Shown in pieces: positions 21,277 through 32,955 of a stretch of DNA of 64,000 nucleotides. Positions within the stretch are counted from its first letter, which is position 1, and each line of letters starts with the position of its first letter. The stretch covers positions 192,001 through 256,000 of the forward strand of contig CAWDPO010000003.1 of NCBI GenBank assembly GCA_963804165.1. The letters run 5' to 3'. Under the pieces are notes generated by a model. The model was not told where the DNA came from, did not search any database, and saw only the letters and a list, made by a program, of their open reading frames with translations. The translations under genes were made by a program, and so were the position numbers. The stretch comes from an uncultured delta proteobacterium. GTDB taxonomy: Bacteria > Desulfobacterota > Binatia > UBA9968.

Positions 21277-22176
21277 ATGGAATGGCTCAACTATCATCAC
21301 TTACTTTACTTCTGGACGGTGGTGCGGCTCGGCAGCGTGTCGCGAGCCGGCGAGGAACTGCACCTGACCCAGGCGACGGTGAGCGCGCAACTCAAGTCGC
21401 TGGAAACAGCGCTCGGCGAAAAACTTTTTCGCAAAGCCGGTCGCCATCTCACGCCTACGGAGACCGGCAAGGTGGTGTTTCGCTACGCCGATGAAATCTT
21501 TTCATTGGGCCGGGAGATGATGGGAACTCTGAAGGGCCGGCCGGAGGGTCGGCTGGCACGGCTGACGGTCGGAGTCGCCGACGTCATGCCGAAGTTAGTC
21601 GCCTATCAACTGATCGAGCCGGCGCTTCTGTTAGCCGACTCCCACCGGATCGTTTGTCGGGAAGGGACGAATAAGGAGTTGTTGTCGGCGTTGGCGGTGC
21701 ACGATATCGATGTGGTTCTCACGGATAGCCAGATCGACCCGGCGATCAACGTCAAGGCATTTTCTCATTTGCTCGGCGAGTGTGGCATGACTCTGTTCGG
21801 GACGCCAAAGCTAGCGGCCTCATGCCGCGGGAAGTTTCCCCGGTGCGTCGACGGCGCACCGTTTTTGCTTCCGACGAATAATACGGCCGTGCGCCGGTCG
21901 TTGGATCAATGGTTCGAGGCGGAAAACATTCGCCCAGTGATCGTTGCCGAGTGCGAGGACAGCGCACTGCTGCAGGTCTTTGGCCAGCGCGGCCTCGGTC
22001 TGTTTTTCGTTCCGTCGGTGATCGGCGCCGAAGTGCAGCGGCAGAGCACGGTCAAGGTGATCGGGCGCGTGAGCACGGTGCGTGAACAATTCTTTGCGAT
22101 TTCACTGGATCGAAAGCTTAAACATCCCGCCGTGCTGGCCATCTCGGAAGCAGCGCGCACGCGCTTGTTTGACTGA
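21277..22176 (+). CDS. nhaR: LysR-family transcriptional activator NhaR-like
   Basis: MEWLNYHHLLYFWTV..GSV..A.EELHLTQATVSAQL, LTVGVADVMPKLVAY, KLKHPAV. Confidence 0.85.
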   Translation: MEWLNYHHLLYFWTVVRLGSVSRAGEELHLTQATVSAQLKSLETALGEKLFRKAGRHLTPTETGKVVFRYADEIFSLGREMMGTLKGRPEGRLARLTVGVADVMPKLVAYQLIEPALLLADSHRIVCREGTNKELLSALAVHDIDVVLTDSQIDPAINVKAFSHLLGECGMTLFGTPKLAASCRGKFPRCVDGAPFLLPTNNTAVRRSLDQWFEAENIRPVIVAECEDSALLQVFGQRGLGLFFVPSVIGAEVQRQSTVKVIGRVSTVREQFFAISLDRKLKHPAVLAISEAARTRLFD

Positions 22177-22613
22177 GATAAGTAGAGCTCGTATCGCAGG
22201 ATACGCCAGGCGGCGCAAGGTGCCGTCCGAGTTGTCGGCAACTCGGTGGAGATCATTTCGCGGGGCGCAAAAAATTTAAGACAAGCGGCACGAAATCAAG
22301 AGCGTCATAGGGCAGGCTCAAGCCAATTGCTATATCCGCGCGAATTGGGACGGATGCAGTTCTTGATGCAATGGTTGATGCTGAATGCGAGAAGCCTAAT
22401 CCTGAGGGGAGGCACAGAGAAAATTGTGACGTCAATGCATCTTAGGTTTGGGTTTTTGATGGCGCAATGATTGTGAAATCTGTTAGGGAGTGGTGGGTAG
22501 CAAAGAGGAAGGGCTCGGAATATGCTCGGCGCTGTGTTCATCAACGTAGCCGAGCCGGCTTCGCTTGAGCGATCGTGTTTTGCATTTTCCTTTTGGCCAA
22601 GGAAGGAGGGGCT

Positions 22614-23699
22614 ATGCGGGTTAGGAGTCAAAGTTATTGGGTTGGCCTATTCTTATTCCTGTCGTTGCTCTGTGTCGCCCTCGTCCGCGCTCAGACGGAA
22701 GAAAAGCTCCTCGACGACATCAACAAGCTCTCCGACGCCGAGCGCCAAGCTCGGTTGGTCAACGGTGCGAAAAAGGAAGGCGTGGTGACCTGGTATGTCG
22801 CGATGAACCGCGCCTATGCACAGGATCTGATCAACGCCTTTGAAGCGCAATATCCATTCCTGAAAGTCAATGTCTTAACGGGTGGCGGCGGCGCGCTGCT
22901 CAACAAGGTTCTCACTGAATACCGGGCGCGCTCCTATTTGTACGATGTTTTCAATACCCGCAGCATGACAATCAACACGTTGAAAAAATCCGCCGCGATC
23001 ATGCGTTATAAGACTCCGTACCGGACTCAGTTGCGCGAGAGCTTCTATGACAAAGAGGGTTTTCTCAACGGTATTTTCGCTACGCCTTTGGTTTTCATCT
23101 ATAACTCAAAAATGGTGACCCGCCAGGAAGCCCCGAGTTCGATAGAAGACCTGGCGAACCCGAAGTGGTCCGGCAAGATGGCGGTCGACGATGAATCTTT
23201 CGACTGGTTGGCCGCGATGCTCGATTATTACGGGGAGGCGAAAGGGATCGAGCTCGCGGGAAAAATAGGCCAGCAATCTCTCCAGGTTCGACGCGGGCCT
23301 ACTCTGATCACACAACTGGTCGCCGCTGGCGAGTTCCACCTCGAGATCGACGGCCACCACCAGGAAGCCATCGCTAAAAAGAAGGCCGGAGCGCCGCTCG
23401 ATTATAACTTTCCTCAACCGTATGTGCCGGTGAAATCCTTGGTGCCGATCTACATGGCTGCTCGCCCGCCCCATCCACATGCCGGCGCGCTGCTAGCTGA
23501 CTTTCTGATTTCCAAGAGAGGGCAAGATATCATGTACGGACACGGACGTTGGATGGGACACAAGAGCATTAGCGGTAAAGGGCCCGATGACATCGGCGAT
23601 CGCAAAGTAATGATACCGTCCCCGGAAAAATGGGGCGACCGTTATCAAGAACTGATCAACCTTTACAATAAATTGTTGCTGCGAAAATCAGGCTCCTAG
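22614..23699 (+). CDS. ABC substrate-binding protein, Fe(III)/AfuA-like extracellular solute-binding family
   Basis: Signal peptide, GAKKEGVVTWY, YPFLKV, YNSKMV, DLANPKWSGK, LVAAGEF, PPHPHAGALLADF. Confidence 0.88.
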   Translation: MRVRSQSYWVGLFLFLSLLCVALVRAQTEEKLLDDINKLSDAERQARLVNGAKKEGVVTWYVAMNRAYAQDLINAFEAQYPFLKVNVLTGGGGALLNKVLTEYRARSYLYDVFNTRSMTINTLKKSAAIMRYKTPYRTQLRESFYDKEGFLNGIFATPLVFIYNSKMVTRQEAPSSIEDLANPKWSGKMAVDDESFDWLAAMLDYYGEAKGIELAGKIGQQSLQVRRGPTLITQLVAAGEFHLEIDGHHQEAIAKKKAGAPLDYNFPQPYVPVKSLVPIYMAARPPHPHAGALLADFLISKRGQDIMYGHGRWMGHKSISGKGPDDIGDRKVMIPSPEKWGDRYQELINLYNKLLLRKSGS

Positions 23700-23883
23700 G
23701 AGAAACAAGCTGTCGGCAAACGGAGGCGCGATGGGCAAAATTGATCTCAAACGCGTATCTCCTATCGATTGTTTCACGAGCGTACGACCAGCCGAAAAAT
23801 CTTGGAAACTCTTCAGCTGTGTTATAAAGTCACTGAACATTTCTTGGATCCAAAGACGGTAAATTGTAATCGAGGAGGAACGC

Positions 23884-24918
23884 ATGGAAGTCAAGTCAGT
23901 GAAAGAGCGACACACCGAGCTGACGATGCACAGCGTAAAGTTCGCCAAAGACGAGCAAGGGCGGCGCAAAGGACAGGAAATCCTTTTCAAGTGGCCGGAT
24001 ATCGAAAAACAACTGGGCGAGCATAAGCATATCTACGTCGTCGACGCGCGCCTGGGCTCGAACAATCACACGCACCGACTGTGGTACGACGTGATCCCGC
24101 CGCACACGGAAGAAGGACAGGACTGGCGCACGCTCGGTCATCGTCACACCGTCGAAGCGATCATCTATTTCTTGAAGGGACATGGCCACAGCATCATTGA
24201 CGGCGAGCGTTACGACTGGGGACCGGGGGATTTGCTGAGCGTGCCGATGTTTTCATGGCACCGCCACATCAACGACGGCGATGAACCCGTGCTGCGCATT
24301 GCATCGACGACGGGGCCGCTGTCCCTGGCATTGGGTCAAGCGGTTTATGAAGATGAGCGTTATCCTGAGTTTTGGATTTACGCTCAGGAAGGCGAGGACG
24401 CGCGCAAAACGTTGATCCCGGGAGGGGGCGGGAAGCTCGATAACGGAAAAACTCCCGGCAATCGCACAGCCGAATTGTACGCGGAGCAGGTGGCCTTTGC
24501 GATGCACGAGGAGCAGCTTCGTCGTAAGAGCAAAGTGCTGGTGAAACAAAAGGACCTCGTGTTCGAGCCGACGGCGATGGGCAAACTCGCGTATGTGGTC
24601 GATCCGCGCATCGGTTTCCACAGCAAGGCCCTCGGCGTGGTCATGGCGGAAATTCCGGCAGGCAAACGCTCCGGCGCGCATCGTCATCTCTACGACGAGA
24701 TCAATCTCATCGTCGGCGGCAAGGGCAAGGTAATCGTCGAAGACAAGGAATTCGATTTCGACACGCTCGACGTGTTGTCCATCCCGGTGTTCCAGTGGCA
24801 TCAATACTTCAATACGGGCAGCGAGCCACTGCGGATTCTCGGAATCAACACGCGGTTAGCCATGGACAATTTGGGTTTATCTCTGACTCACCAGGGCGAG
24901 CACGCGGATTACGTTTGA
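23884..24918 (+). CDS. Bicupin protein
   Basis: GHRHTVEA...GHGHSIIDGERYDWGPGD...WHRH and SGAHRHLYDE...WHQYFN. Confidence 0.88.
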   Translation: MEVKSVKERHTELTMHSVKFAKDEQGRRKGQEILFKWPDIEKQLGEHKHIYVVDARLGSNNHTHRLWYDVIPPHTEEGQDWRTLGHRHTVEAIIYFLKGHGHSIIDGERYDWGPGDLLSVPMFSWHRHINDGDEPVLRIASTTGPLSLALGQAVYEDERYPEFWIYAQEGEDARKTLIPGGGGKLDNGKTPGNRTAELYAEQVAFAMHEEQLRRKSKVLVKQKDLVFEPTAMGKLAYVVDPRIGFHSKALGVVMAEIPAGKRSGAHRHLYDEINLIVGGKGKVIVEDKEFDFDTLDVLSIPVFQWHQYFNTGSEPLRILGINTRLAMDNLGLSLTHQGEHADYV

Positions 24919-24948
24919 ACATCGGCGTCTGGGCGGGACTAACAAGGA

Positions 24949-24978
24949 TGTAGGGGTGGGTTTCAAACCCGCCCCTAC
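24949..24978. repeat. GTAG-type REP palindrome
   Basis: Identical to 3850-3879. Confidence 0.85.
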
Positions 24979-25014
24979 GCGCACAGACGCTCAGGCGCCA
25001 AGCGAGGAGGCGTC

Positions 25015-26007
25015 ATGACACGAGTCATTTCACTGCTCCTGTGCTCTTTAATCGTTTCGTTGTCTTCCGTCTTTGGTGCAGATCTCGATCAAGCGAAAAA
25101 AGAAGGCGAGGTGGTGCTTTACACAACCATGGTCATTTCCGACTTTCAGGTTTTTCATAAAGCTCTCGTCAAAAAATATCCTTTCTTGAAAGTGAACCAC
25201 GTCCGACTTGGCGCCTCCACGCTGGTGTCGCGCGCCATCGCCGAATTTCGCGCCGGCAAGCATTTGACCGACGTCTACGGCGTCGCCCCGGATTCGCTGA
25301 ACTATATGCGCGAGCAGGGCATCCTGGCGCCGTATACCAGCCCCGAGGCGAAATTCATTCATAAAGGCTTCATGGATCCGAAAGGGTTTTGGTCGGGAAT
25401 TACCACCGATGTGCTCGTTACCGGTGTGAACACGTCGCAGCTCAGCGTCAAAAGGGCGCCGCAGGGTTATGCCGATTATCTAAAGCCGGATTTCAAAGCC
25501 AAGATGGCATTTCACATCGGCACGAATAATCCATTGATCGGCATGAGCGAAATGCAGGGTGAAGAGAAGGCGTTGACTTACATGCGCAGCTTCGCCAAGC
25601 AGGGGCTGATTCAACATAACGGTTACACGAAAATCAGCCAGCTCCTCGCCGCCGGGGAATTTCCGATCGTCGCCTTCATGCAAGTCACCAAGCTCGAGAA
25701 GATTCGCGAGCGCAGCGGGCCGGTGGACTGGATCCCGCTTGATCCTTCTTTCGCGACAGTGTCCTCCGTCGCAGTTTCGAAGCATGCGCCGCACGCTAAC
25801 GCGGCGAGATTGCTCGTCGATTTTTATCTCTCGGAAGAAGGGCAGAAGGCGCTGCGCGAGATCGATAAAATTCCATTACGTCGCGGCGTCGACGCCGACT
25901 CCAAGCGCGTCGCCGAGCTGATCGAGCAAACACCCCATGTGATCAAATACGAAGGCGACCCGGGAAAACAAATCAAGCAGTTCAATGAAATATTCTTAGG
26001 GCGGTAG
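25015..26007 (+). CDS. ABC substrate-binding protein, Fe(III)/AfuA-like
   Basis: AKKEGEVVLYT, KYPFLKV, LLAAGEF, APHANAARLLVDFYLSEEGQ. Confidence 0.88.
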   Translation: MTRVISLLLCSLIVSLSSVFGADLDQAKKEGEVVLYTTMVISDFQVFHKALVKKYPFLKVNHVRLGASTLVSRAIAEFRAGKHLTDVYGVAPDSLNYMREQGILAPYTSPEAKFIHKGFMDPKGFWSGITTDVLVTGVNTSQLSVKRAPQGYADYLKPDFKAKMAFHIGTNNPLIGMSEMQGEEKALTYMRSFAKQGLIQHNGYTKISQLLAAGEFPIVAFMQVTKLEKIRERSGPVDWIPLDPSFATVSSVAVSKHAPHANAARLLVDFYLSEEGQKALREIDKIPLRRGVDADSKRVAELIEQTPHVIKYEGDPGKQIKQFNEIFLGR

Positions 26008-26021
26008 CACCACTTGCACTC

Positions 26022-26685
26022 ATGAACGTGTTATTCGATCTCGACGGTACTCTGACCGATCCAAAGGAAGGTATCATCGCGTGTTTTCGCTATGCGTTTG
26101 ATTCGCTCGGCGTAAGTCCCCCGCCTGCGACGGAACTCGAGCGATTGATCGGACCACCACTAATGGAAAGCTTCTCCAATCTGCTCGGTCCCGGAGGCAA
26201 AGATCGGGTCGAACAAGCCGTAGCGGCTTTACCGTGAACGGTTCGCGGAAACGGGACTGTTCGAAAACAGCGTCTATCCAGGTATCGTCGACGCTCTGGC
26301 CGAGCTGTGCGACCATGGCGTGCGGCTATTCGTGGCGACGTCGAAGCCGCGTGCGTTTGCCGAGCGTATCGTTGAATATTTTGGGCTGGCCCAATTCTTC
26401 CGAGCCGTGTACGGCAGCGAGTTGAATGGCGTCAACGCGGACAAGAAAGATTTGCTCGCCTATTTGCTCAGGGCGGAATCGTTGTCGCCGGCAATTACCG
26501 TCATGGTCGGTGATAGGGCGCATGACGTATTGGGCGCGCGGGCCAATCGCCTCTTTTCAGTCGGGGTGCTTTGGGGCTATGGATCAACAGAGGAACTTGT
26601 GTCGGCCGGAGCCGATGCGCTATGCGAAGCGCCGAGAGCACTTGGTGACGCGCTCTCTCTTGTCGATCGCGCGACGGTTTGCTAG
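26022..26685 (+). CDS. HAD-family hydrolase (phosphoglycolate phosphatase/5'-nucleotidase-like; 1 frameshift)
   Basis: LFDLDGTLTD, IGPPL, VATSKP, MVGDRAHDV, GVLWGYGS. Confidence 0.88.
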
Positions 26686-26718
26686 TGGTGGCTGAATCGC
26701 CGCCGTCTTACCGAGTGA

Positions 26719-27876
26719 ATGATGGATATTAAATACGGATTGTTCAGTTGTGATTCTCATGCGCAACTCGACCGCGATGCGTGGACCAAGCGGTTGTCAA
26801 AGGAAAAGTGGGGCGAGCGGATTCCCCAGATCGTCGAAGTAAGCGAGAACGGCCAAACCGTCGACCGCTGGATAGTCAACGGCAAGGTGCGTAGCGAGTG
26901 GGTGTGCAATTGTCCCGCGGCGATGGAAGGCGGCGTCCAGCGCGGCTACTATCCGCGCCGTTGGGACGAAGTGCCGAGAATCGTATTACGATCCGGCCGA
27001 ACGATTGAAAGCTTTGGACGCGGACCGCGTCGACGGCGAAGTGCTTATATCCGAATACGCCGGTTTCAAATTTCGGTTTTTTTCAGGCCGACGCCGAATT
27101 CGAGCTGGCGTGCGTGCAAGCGCACAATGACGCCCTGGCGGAGTGGCGCGAGGCGAGCGACCGTTACGTTCCCATTGCGATCATTCCCTATATGAGCGAG
27201 ATCGACGTTGTCGTCGCTGAAGTGGAACGAAGCCGTAAAGCGCGGCCATCGCGGCGTCGTGATGCTCGCCGAGCCGGCGTTCACCAAAAAGGGCCTCAAG
27301 CGCATGAACGATCCTTTCTGGGAGCCGCTTTGGGCTTGCTGCCAGGACCTAGGGATACCGATGCATTGGCACGGCTCGGCGGGTTTGACCGAGCAACTAT
27401 CATTGCCTAAATGGGATGGATTCAGCAAAAGAGAATATCACACGGTATCGACCGCGCGGCTATGCGCGACACCGGCGCAGCTGATTCCCAATTTGATTTT
27501 CTCCGGCATCCTCGACCGTTATCCGCGGCTCAACTGGGCTTGCGCCGAAACCGGTTTCGGATGGGTGAGCTACGTGCTTGAGGCGTGCGATCACGAGTGG
27601 GAACAGCGGCGGCTGTGGCAGGAAGGTGTTCGCACGAAACCCAGCGAGGTATTCCGCCGCCAGATCTATGTCGACTTCTGGTACGAAAAAGCGGGCATCG
27701 AACTGCGCGAGCTGGTCGGCGTCGACAACATCATGTGGGAGTCGGATTATCCGCACATCGCCGCGACCTATCCGAGATCGTGGAAATTTGTCGAAGAATC
27801 GCTTGTCGGCGTGCCGGAAGAGGAGCGAAAAAAGATGTGTTATGGTAATGCGCTAAGACTTTACGGGTTAGCTTGA
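26719..27876 (+). CDS. Amidohydrolase-2 family protein (frameshifted)
   Basis: SCDSHAQ, IPMHWH, LDRYPRL..ACAETG, IMWESDYPH, NALRLY. Confidence 0.88.
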
Positions 27877-27903
27877 GGCTCCGGCGAGCAAATTTTGATT
27901 GTC

Positions 27904-27971
27904 TGTCACCCTGAACGAAGTGAAGGATCTCGGCCGAGTGCGAGATTCTTAGGCTTTCCCTCAGAATGACA
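27904..27971. repeat. TGTCA..CTGA-type REP-like palindrome
   Basis: TGTCACCCTGAACGAAGTGAAGGATCTC...GAGATTCTT...CTCAGAATGACA. Confidence 0.8.
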
Positions 27972-27993
27972 TCTTGGGGATACCAGAACGAAG

Positions 27994-29132
27994 ATGGCGA
28001 ATATTTTCATCAGCGTCGACGAGCACGTGCAGGAACATCCCGAGCTTTGGACGAAGCGGCTGTCGCGCGCGAGATGGGGAGACAGGATCCCGCATATTGA
28101 GAAAAATCTCCAGCTGGCGCAGAGCAATGGGTCGTTGACGGGCGGCAGATCGCCTTGGATGGCGTTGCGGACTGCGGCGCAGTGATGGCGGACAGGACGA
28201 AGAATCCGCAGGATTGGTCGGAGGTGCCGGCCGCTGTGTATGACCCGAAGAAGCGATTGAAAGCGATGGACAGATGCCGGAGATAGATTATGCCGTGCTT
28301 GTATCCGACTGTTGCCGGATCAGGCGGACAAACCTTTGGGAGAATCGAAGATCCGGAATTGGAGCTTGGCGTGCGTGCAAGCGTACAACGACTGGCTGAT
28401 CGAAGAATGGGTAAGCATGAGCGACCGTTTCATCCCGCAATGCATAACGCCACTGTTTCCGATCGATGCCGCGGTGAAGGAAATTCGACGCGTCGATCGA
28501 AAAACGGCCACGGGGCGTGATCTATCCATCGATGCCGATGGAACTGCGCGACGTGCCGCATATCAACGATTCCGACCTACGATCCGCTTGTGGGCGGCTT
28601 GCCAGGAGTTGGGCGTGCCGATTTGTTTTCACGCCGGGGCCTCTGCGGCAATTCAAATTCCCGCGTACGAAGGATATTCGCCGGCGATTGCCGCCGCGTC
28701 TCCAGGCGATCACCCGGCCCGCGAGCACGGTGTCCGTCTTGGTAAATCTTCTGATTTCAAAAATTCTTATGCGATTTCCAAGTCTCAAAGTCGTGTTGGC
28801 CGAGAGCGGGCTCGGCTGGGGCGCGTATCTTTTGGAATACACGGATTTCCAAGCGACGGGCGATCAATTGCCGCAAAACGGTTACGATCTGATGCCGTCG
28901 GAGATGTTCCGGCGAAACTGTTACTTAGTCGGTTGGTACGACCAGGCGAGCTTACGGGTGAGGAGTTACATCGGCAGCGAAAACATTCTTTGGTCGACAC
29001 AGTTTCCGCTGGCGACATCGACTTGGCCTGAATACCCAAAAGGCTCTTTCCAAGAGCTTCGAAGGTATTGATGAGATCGACCGGAAAAAGATACTTTGGC
29101 AGAACGCGGCGAAGCTGTATAAGATTAGCTAA
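27994..29132 (+). CDS. Amidohydrolase-2 family protein (many frameshifts)
   Basis: ISVDEHVQE, YNDWL, VPICFH, RFPSLKVVLAESG, ILWSTQFP, NAAKLY. Confidence 0.8.
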
Positions 29133-29187
29133 CCGAGTGAGAGGAGAAATTTTGATCTTCGACATTGTATCAGAGCTCTTCGGGTCA

Positions 29188-29318
29188 GGGAGTGTGTCAA
29201 ATTTGTCGGGAACCCTTCGACGAGGCCAGGGCGAACGGGTAAGTACTTGGTATCGCAATCGGCCAAAACCGTTCGTGGAGAGGCCCTCGAACCATGAGCG
29301 CTATTGCGACGATGTCTC
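29188..29318. repeat. Composite palindromic repeat (outer IR plus CTTCGAC...GAACGG inner hairpin)
   Basis: GAGTGTGTCAAAT...CCCTTCGACGAGGCCAGGGCGAACGG...CCGTTCGTGGAGAGGCCCTCGAA...ATTGCGACGATGTCTC. Confidence 0.65.
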
Positions 29319-29411
29319 TCGAGCTGGGAGGAAAGATAATCGGATCGAGGGATTTCCACTGAAATAATCATTCAGCAGAAACTGTAAAACATCGAAAGGA
29401 AGGTTGGGTCC

Positions 29412-30503
29412 ATGGCTAACACGATCTCGACAGCGGAAGAAGAGGTAAAGGAACGGCTCGGCTACAAGTCGCCGTACGAGCAGTGGAAGGAGTCGGAAGG
29501 GTTGCAGACCTATCGCGGCTTAGCGATCAAGAATTTGTATGACCTTGAACTCAGTCCGTGGAAATCAAGTGGCGACGGCTTAGCGGCGTTTCTGAATTTG
29601 GAAGGCACCGGCGGATTCAATGACTCGTACGTCGCTGAGATCCCGCCGGGCAAGTCGCTCAAGGCACACCGTCACCTGTTCGAAGAGACCATCTATATTC
29701 TCAAAGGTCAGGGCGCTACGTCGGTGTGGATCGATCCGAGCAAAAAGGAAACCTTCGAATGGCAAGAGGGAAGTTATTTTTCGATTCCGATGAATGCGTG
29801 GCACGAACACCACAACGCCTCCGGATTGGATGCCGCGCGCTACATCGCCATGACCAGCGCGCCACGGGTGATCGATACGTTCAACAATTATGAATTTGTC
29901 TTCGAAAATCCGTTCCTCTTTCGCGACCGGTACAATGCCGAGGAGGGCTATTTCAAGCAAAAGGCGCCGGCGCAGCAGTGGTCGACCAACTTCGTCGCCG
30001 ACGTGCGCGTGTGCGAAACCTACTCCGGCGGCTTCGACCGCGGCGGCGGCGCGAAGAGCACGGTCTTTCGCATGGTCAACCAGACCGTCAAGTCGCATGT
30101 CTCGCTATGGGGCGTCGGCGCATACAAAAAAGCGCATCGCCACGGCCCCGGTATTCACGTCTTGATCATCAGAGGGACGGGTTATTCGATCATGTGGCAA
30201 GAAGGCAAGCCGATGGAACGAGTCGAGTGGGGGCCCGGCAGCGTATTTGTGCCGCCGGAAATGTGGTTTCACCAACATTTTAACGGCAGCGCCGAGCCGG
30301 TTTTTTTTCTCGCCATAGGCTGGGGCAGTGACAAGCCCAAGGCGGGCGGGAAAGCGTACGTCTACAAGAGCGTGAAAGAAGGCGGCGACCAGATCGAGTA
30401 CGAGGACGAAGATCCGAAGATTCACGCCGAATTCGAAGTCGCCATGAAAAGGGTCGGCGCGCGGTGCAAGATGGACTATCATCCACACTGTACGATGAAG
30501 TGA
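29412..30503 (+). CDS. Bicupin protein
   Basis: AEIPPG.SLKAHRHLFEE..YILKGQG, WHEHHN; YKKAHRHGPG, WFHQHFN. Confidence 0.88.
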   Translation: MANTISTAEEEVKERLGYKSPYEQWKESEGLQTYRGLAIKNLYDLELSPWKSSGDGLAAFLNLEGTGGFNDSYVAEIPPGKSLKAHRHLFEETIYILKGQGATSVWIDPSKKETFEWQEGSYFSIPMNAWHEHHNASGLDAARYIAMTSAPRVIDTFNNYEFVFENPFLFRDRYNAEEGYFKQKAPAQQWSTNFVADVRVCETYSGGFDRGGGAKSTVFRMVNQTVKSHVSLWGVGAYKKAHRHGPGIHVLIIRGTGYSIMWQEGKPMERVEWGPGSVFVPPEMWFHQHFNGSAEPVFFLAIGWGSDKPKAGGKAYVYKSVKEGGDQIEYEDEDPKIHAEFEVAMKRVGARCKMDYHPHCTMK

Positions 30504-30531
30504 TTGTTGGTCGACGAATCGAAGATCGAGG

Positions 30532-31624
30532 ATGAAAATGGCGACTAGAAAATTCCTGACGAGCGCGGTCGCGGTGTTGTATCATTACTTGTGCGATGTT
30601 CTCAACCGCGCCGTGCGCGTCGATCGAAGCGCTCTTACAACGAGATCAACAAGCTGCCGGCGCAGCAGCGCCAGAAGCGGCTCGAAGACGGCGCACGCAA
30701 AGAGGGCGAATTTAAGTTTTATGGCATCTCCGCCGCCACTTTGCTTGAGCGCCTACACGGCCGGATTCATGAAAAAGTATCCGTTCATCAAAGCCGAATT
30801 CTGGCGCGGCAGCGGCAACAAATTGGTGTTTCGCACGCTCACCGAGCATCGCACCGGCCAGTTGGATACGGATGCGGTTTTGGTGGGCACTGAAAACGTC
30901 ATGACGCTCAAGCGCTCGGGCATTTGGACGCGCTATCATTCGCCGGAATCGCAGAATTTCGGGAAAGAATATACCGACAAGGACGGGTACTGGCACGCAG
31001 ACAGTTTGGGCATGTCGACGATCGCGTACAATACCAAGCTGGTAAAGAAGGAGGAGGCGCCCAAGGGATACGACGATCTCTTCGATCCGAAGTGGAAAGG
31101 CAGTCTTTCCATCGATATGGAGCCCGAGCGCGCGTTGATGGGCTGGTTGACCGCTTGGGGGGAACAAAAGACCCGAGCTTTCGTCGGGGGCTTGATCAAA
31201 AATGGGGCTATCGTGCGCCGCGGCCATACTTTACAGGCGCAACTTTTGTGTGCCGGCGAGTTCAAAGTTGGCGTGGAGCTTTATCCCGATGGGATGTTGC
31301 GGATGAAACAGGACGGTTGCCCGGCGGCGATCGTTTTTCCGAACCCGACGCCGGCGCATATCAGCGGCGCCATTGGCATCTACACCAATACGCCGCACCC
31401 CCACGCTGCTGCCCTGTTCCTCGATTTCATGAAATCGGCAGAGGGCGCAAAAATTCTTGCTGCAACCGGGCGGGTCTCCGGACGAAAGGGTGTCAGATCG
31501 GTCTACGACGAGCTGTCCAATCTTGGAGGAACGAGGAATACCGCTCTTTATAGTCGGACCAGACCAATCCGAGCAAATCGCCAAACCGATGGAAAAAATC
31601 ATGAAAGAGATGTTGGTCCCGTAA
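30532..31624 (+). CDS. ABC substrate-binding protein, Fe(III)/AfuA-like (frameshifted)
   Basis: GARKEG, KYPFIK, AYNTKLV, DLFDPKWKG, LLCAGEF, PHPHAAALFLDF. Confidence 0.85.
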
Positions 31625-31745
31625 GCGGCGCTCGCCAATCGCGTCAAGATGCGGAGCGCGACAATCTTGCTGACGATTTCTGTCTGTCAAAATTTTAGTT
31701 GCAGATAGAGTACATCTGCACCAGCTGTAAGGAGGATCGCGCGTA

Positions 31746-32913
31746 ATGTCTCGTCAATACCGGCATTTTTCAGCCGATAGTCACTTCGAATCCCTGCCGG
31801 AAACTTGGACACACCGGGTGCCGGCGAAATATCGCGACCGCGCGCCGCGGCGCATCAAACTTGCTGACGGTCGCGACGCCATCATCGACGAAGGCCAGCC
31901 GCTGGAATATCGCGGCACGAATCTGTTCGCGGGAAAACCCCTCGAAGAGTTTAATCCAGTTCATCTGAATTTCGAAAAATCGGTGGGCGCCGGCTCGCCG
32001 CAGCAGACGGTTAAAAGAACAAGACGCCGACGGCATCGATGGCGAGCTATTGTTCGCCAGCGAAGCGCGCAACACGAAAATCAAAGACAAGGATGCTTTT
32101 CTCGCGATCATTCGCGCGTTCAACGATTACTTCATCGAGGAGTATTGCGCGGTTGATCCCGATCGATTGATCGGCGTCGCGGTGATGCCGGATATCGGTG
32201 CCGACGAAAATATCGCCGAGATGAAACGGTGCAAGGAGAAGGGATTCAAAGCCGTCCGGCTTGCACACGTTTCCGAGCGGCAAGAGCACGCCGACCCCGG
32301 AAGACGACAAATTTTATGCCGCGCGCGTTGGACCTGGACATGCCAATCACAATCCATACATCGTTTCCGCGGCGCACCGATGAACGCGATGTTTTTCTCA
32401 TGAAGTATCCGAAGGATCCGCAGGGCGAAGACCGGCCGTTCGACTTTCTCCAGCGCCTGGCGCGCCAGGGGATTTATCACTGCGGCGCGGTGGAAGCGAC
32501 GCAGTTGATTTTCACAGGCGTGTTCGATCGGTTTCCGAAGCTGGAGATTTTCTGGGCGGAGAACAACATCGGCTGGATTCCGTACTTTTACCAGCAGATG
32601 GATCAGACTTATAAGGTCAACTGCCACTGGGCGGAAAAGCTCTTGGGCTTGCCGAAACTGAAAAAACTCCCGAGCGAATACCTGCGCGAGCACGCGCACT
32701 GGGGCGTCTTCGACGACCCGATCGGGATTCAGCTGCGCCACATGGTCGGTGTCGAAAAGATCATGTGGTCGACCGACTTCCCGCACATCGTCACGCGCTG
32801 GCCGAAATCATTGGAATTGGTCGAAGAACAGTTCGCCGGCGTACCGGAGAGATGAAAAAAGGGCGATGGTCGCGGGGAACGCCGTGAAGTTTTTTCATTT
32901 GGACGCGGCGTGA
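31746..32913 (+). CDS. Amidohydrolase-2 family protein (frameshifted)
   Basis: FSADSHFE, RAFNDY, PDRLIG, FDRFPKL..FWAE, IMWSTDFPH, GNAVKFF. Confidence 0.88.
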
Positions 32914-32955
32914 CAAGGGAGACGAATTCGGAATTTTTACCGCAAAGAACGCAAA

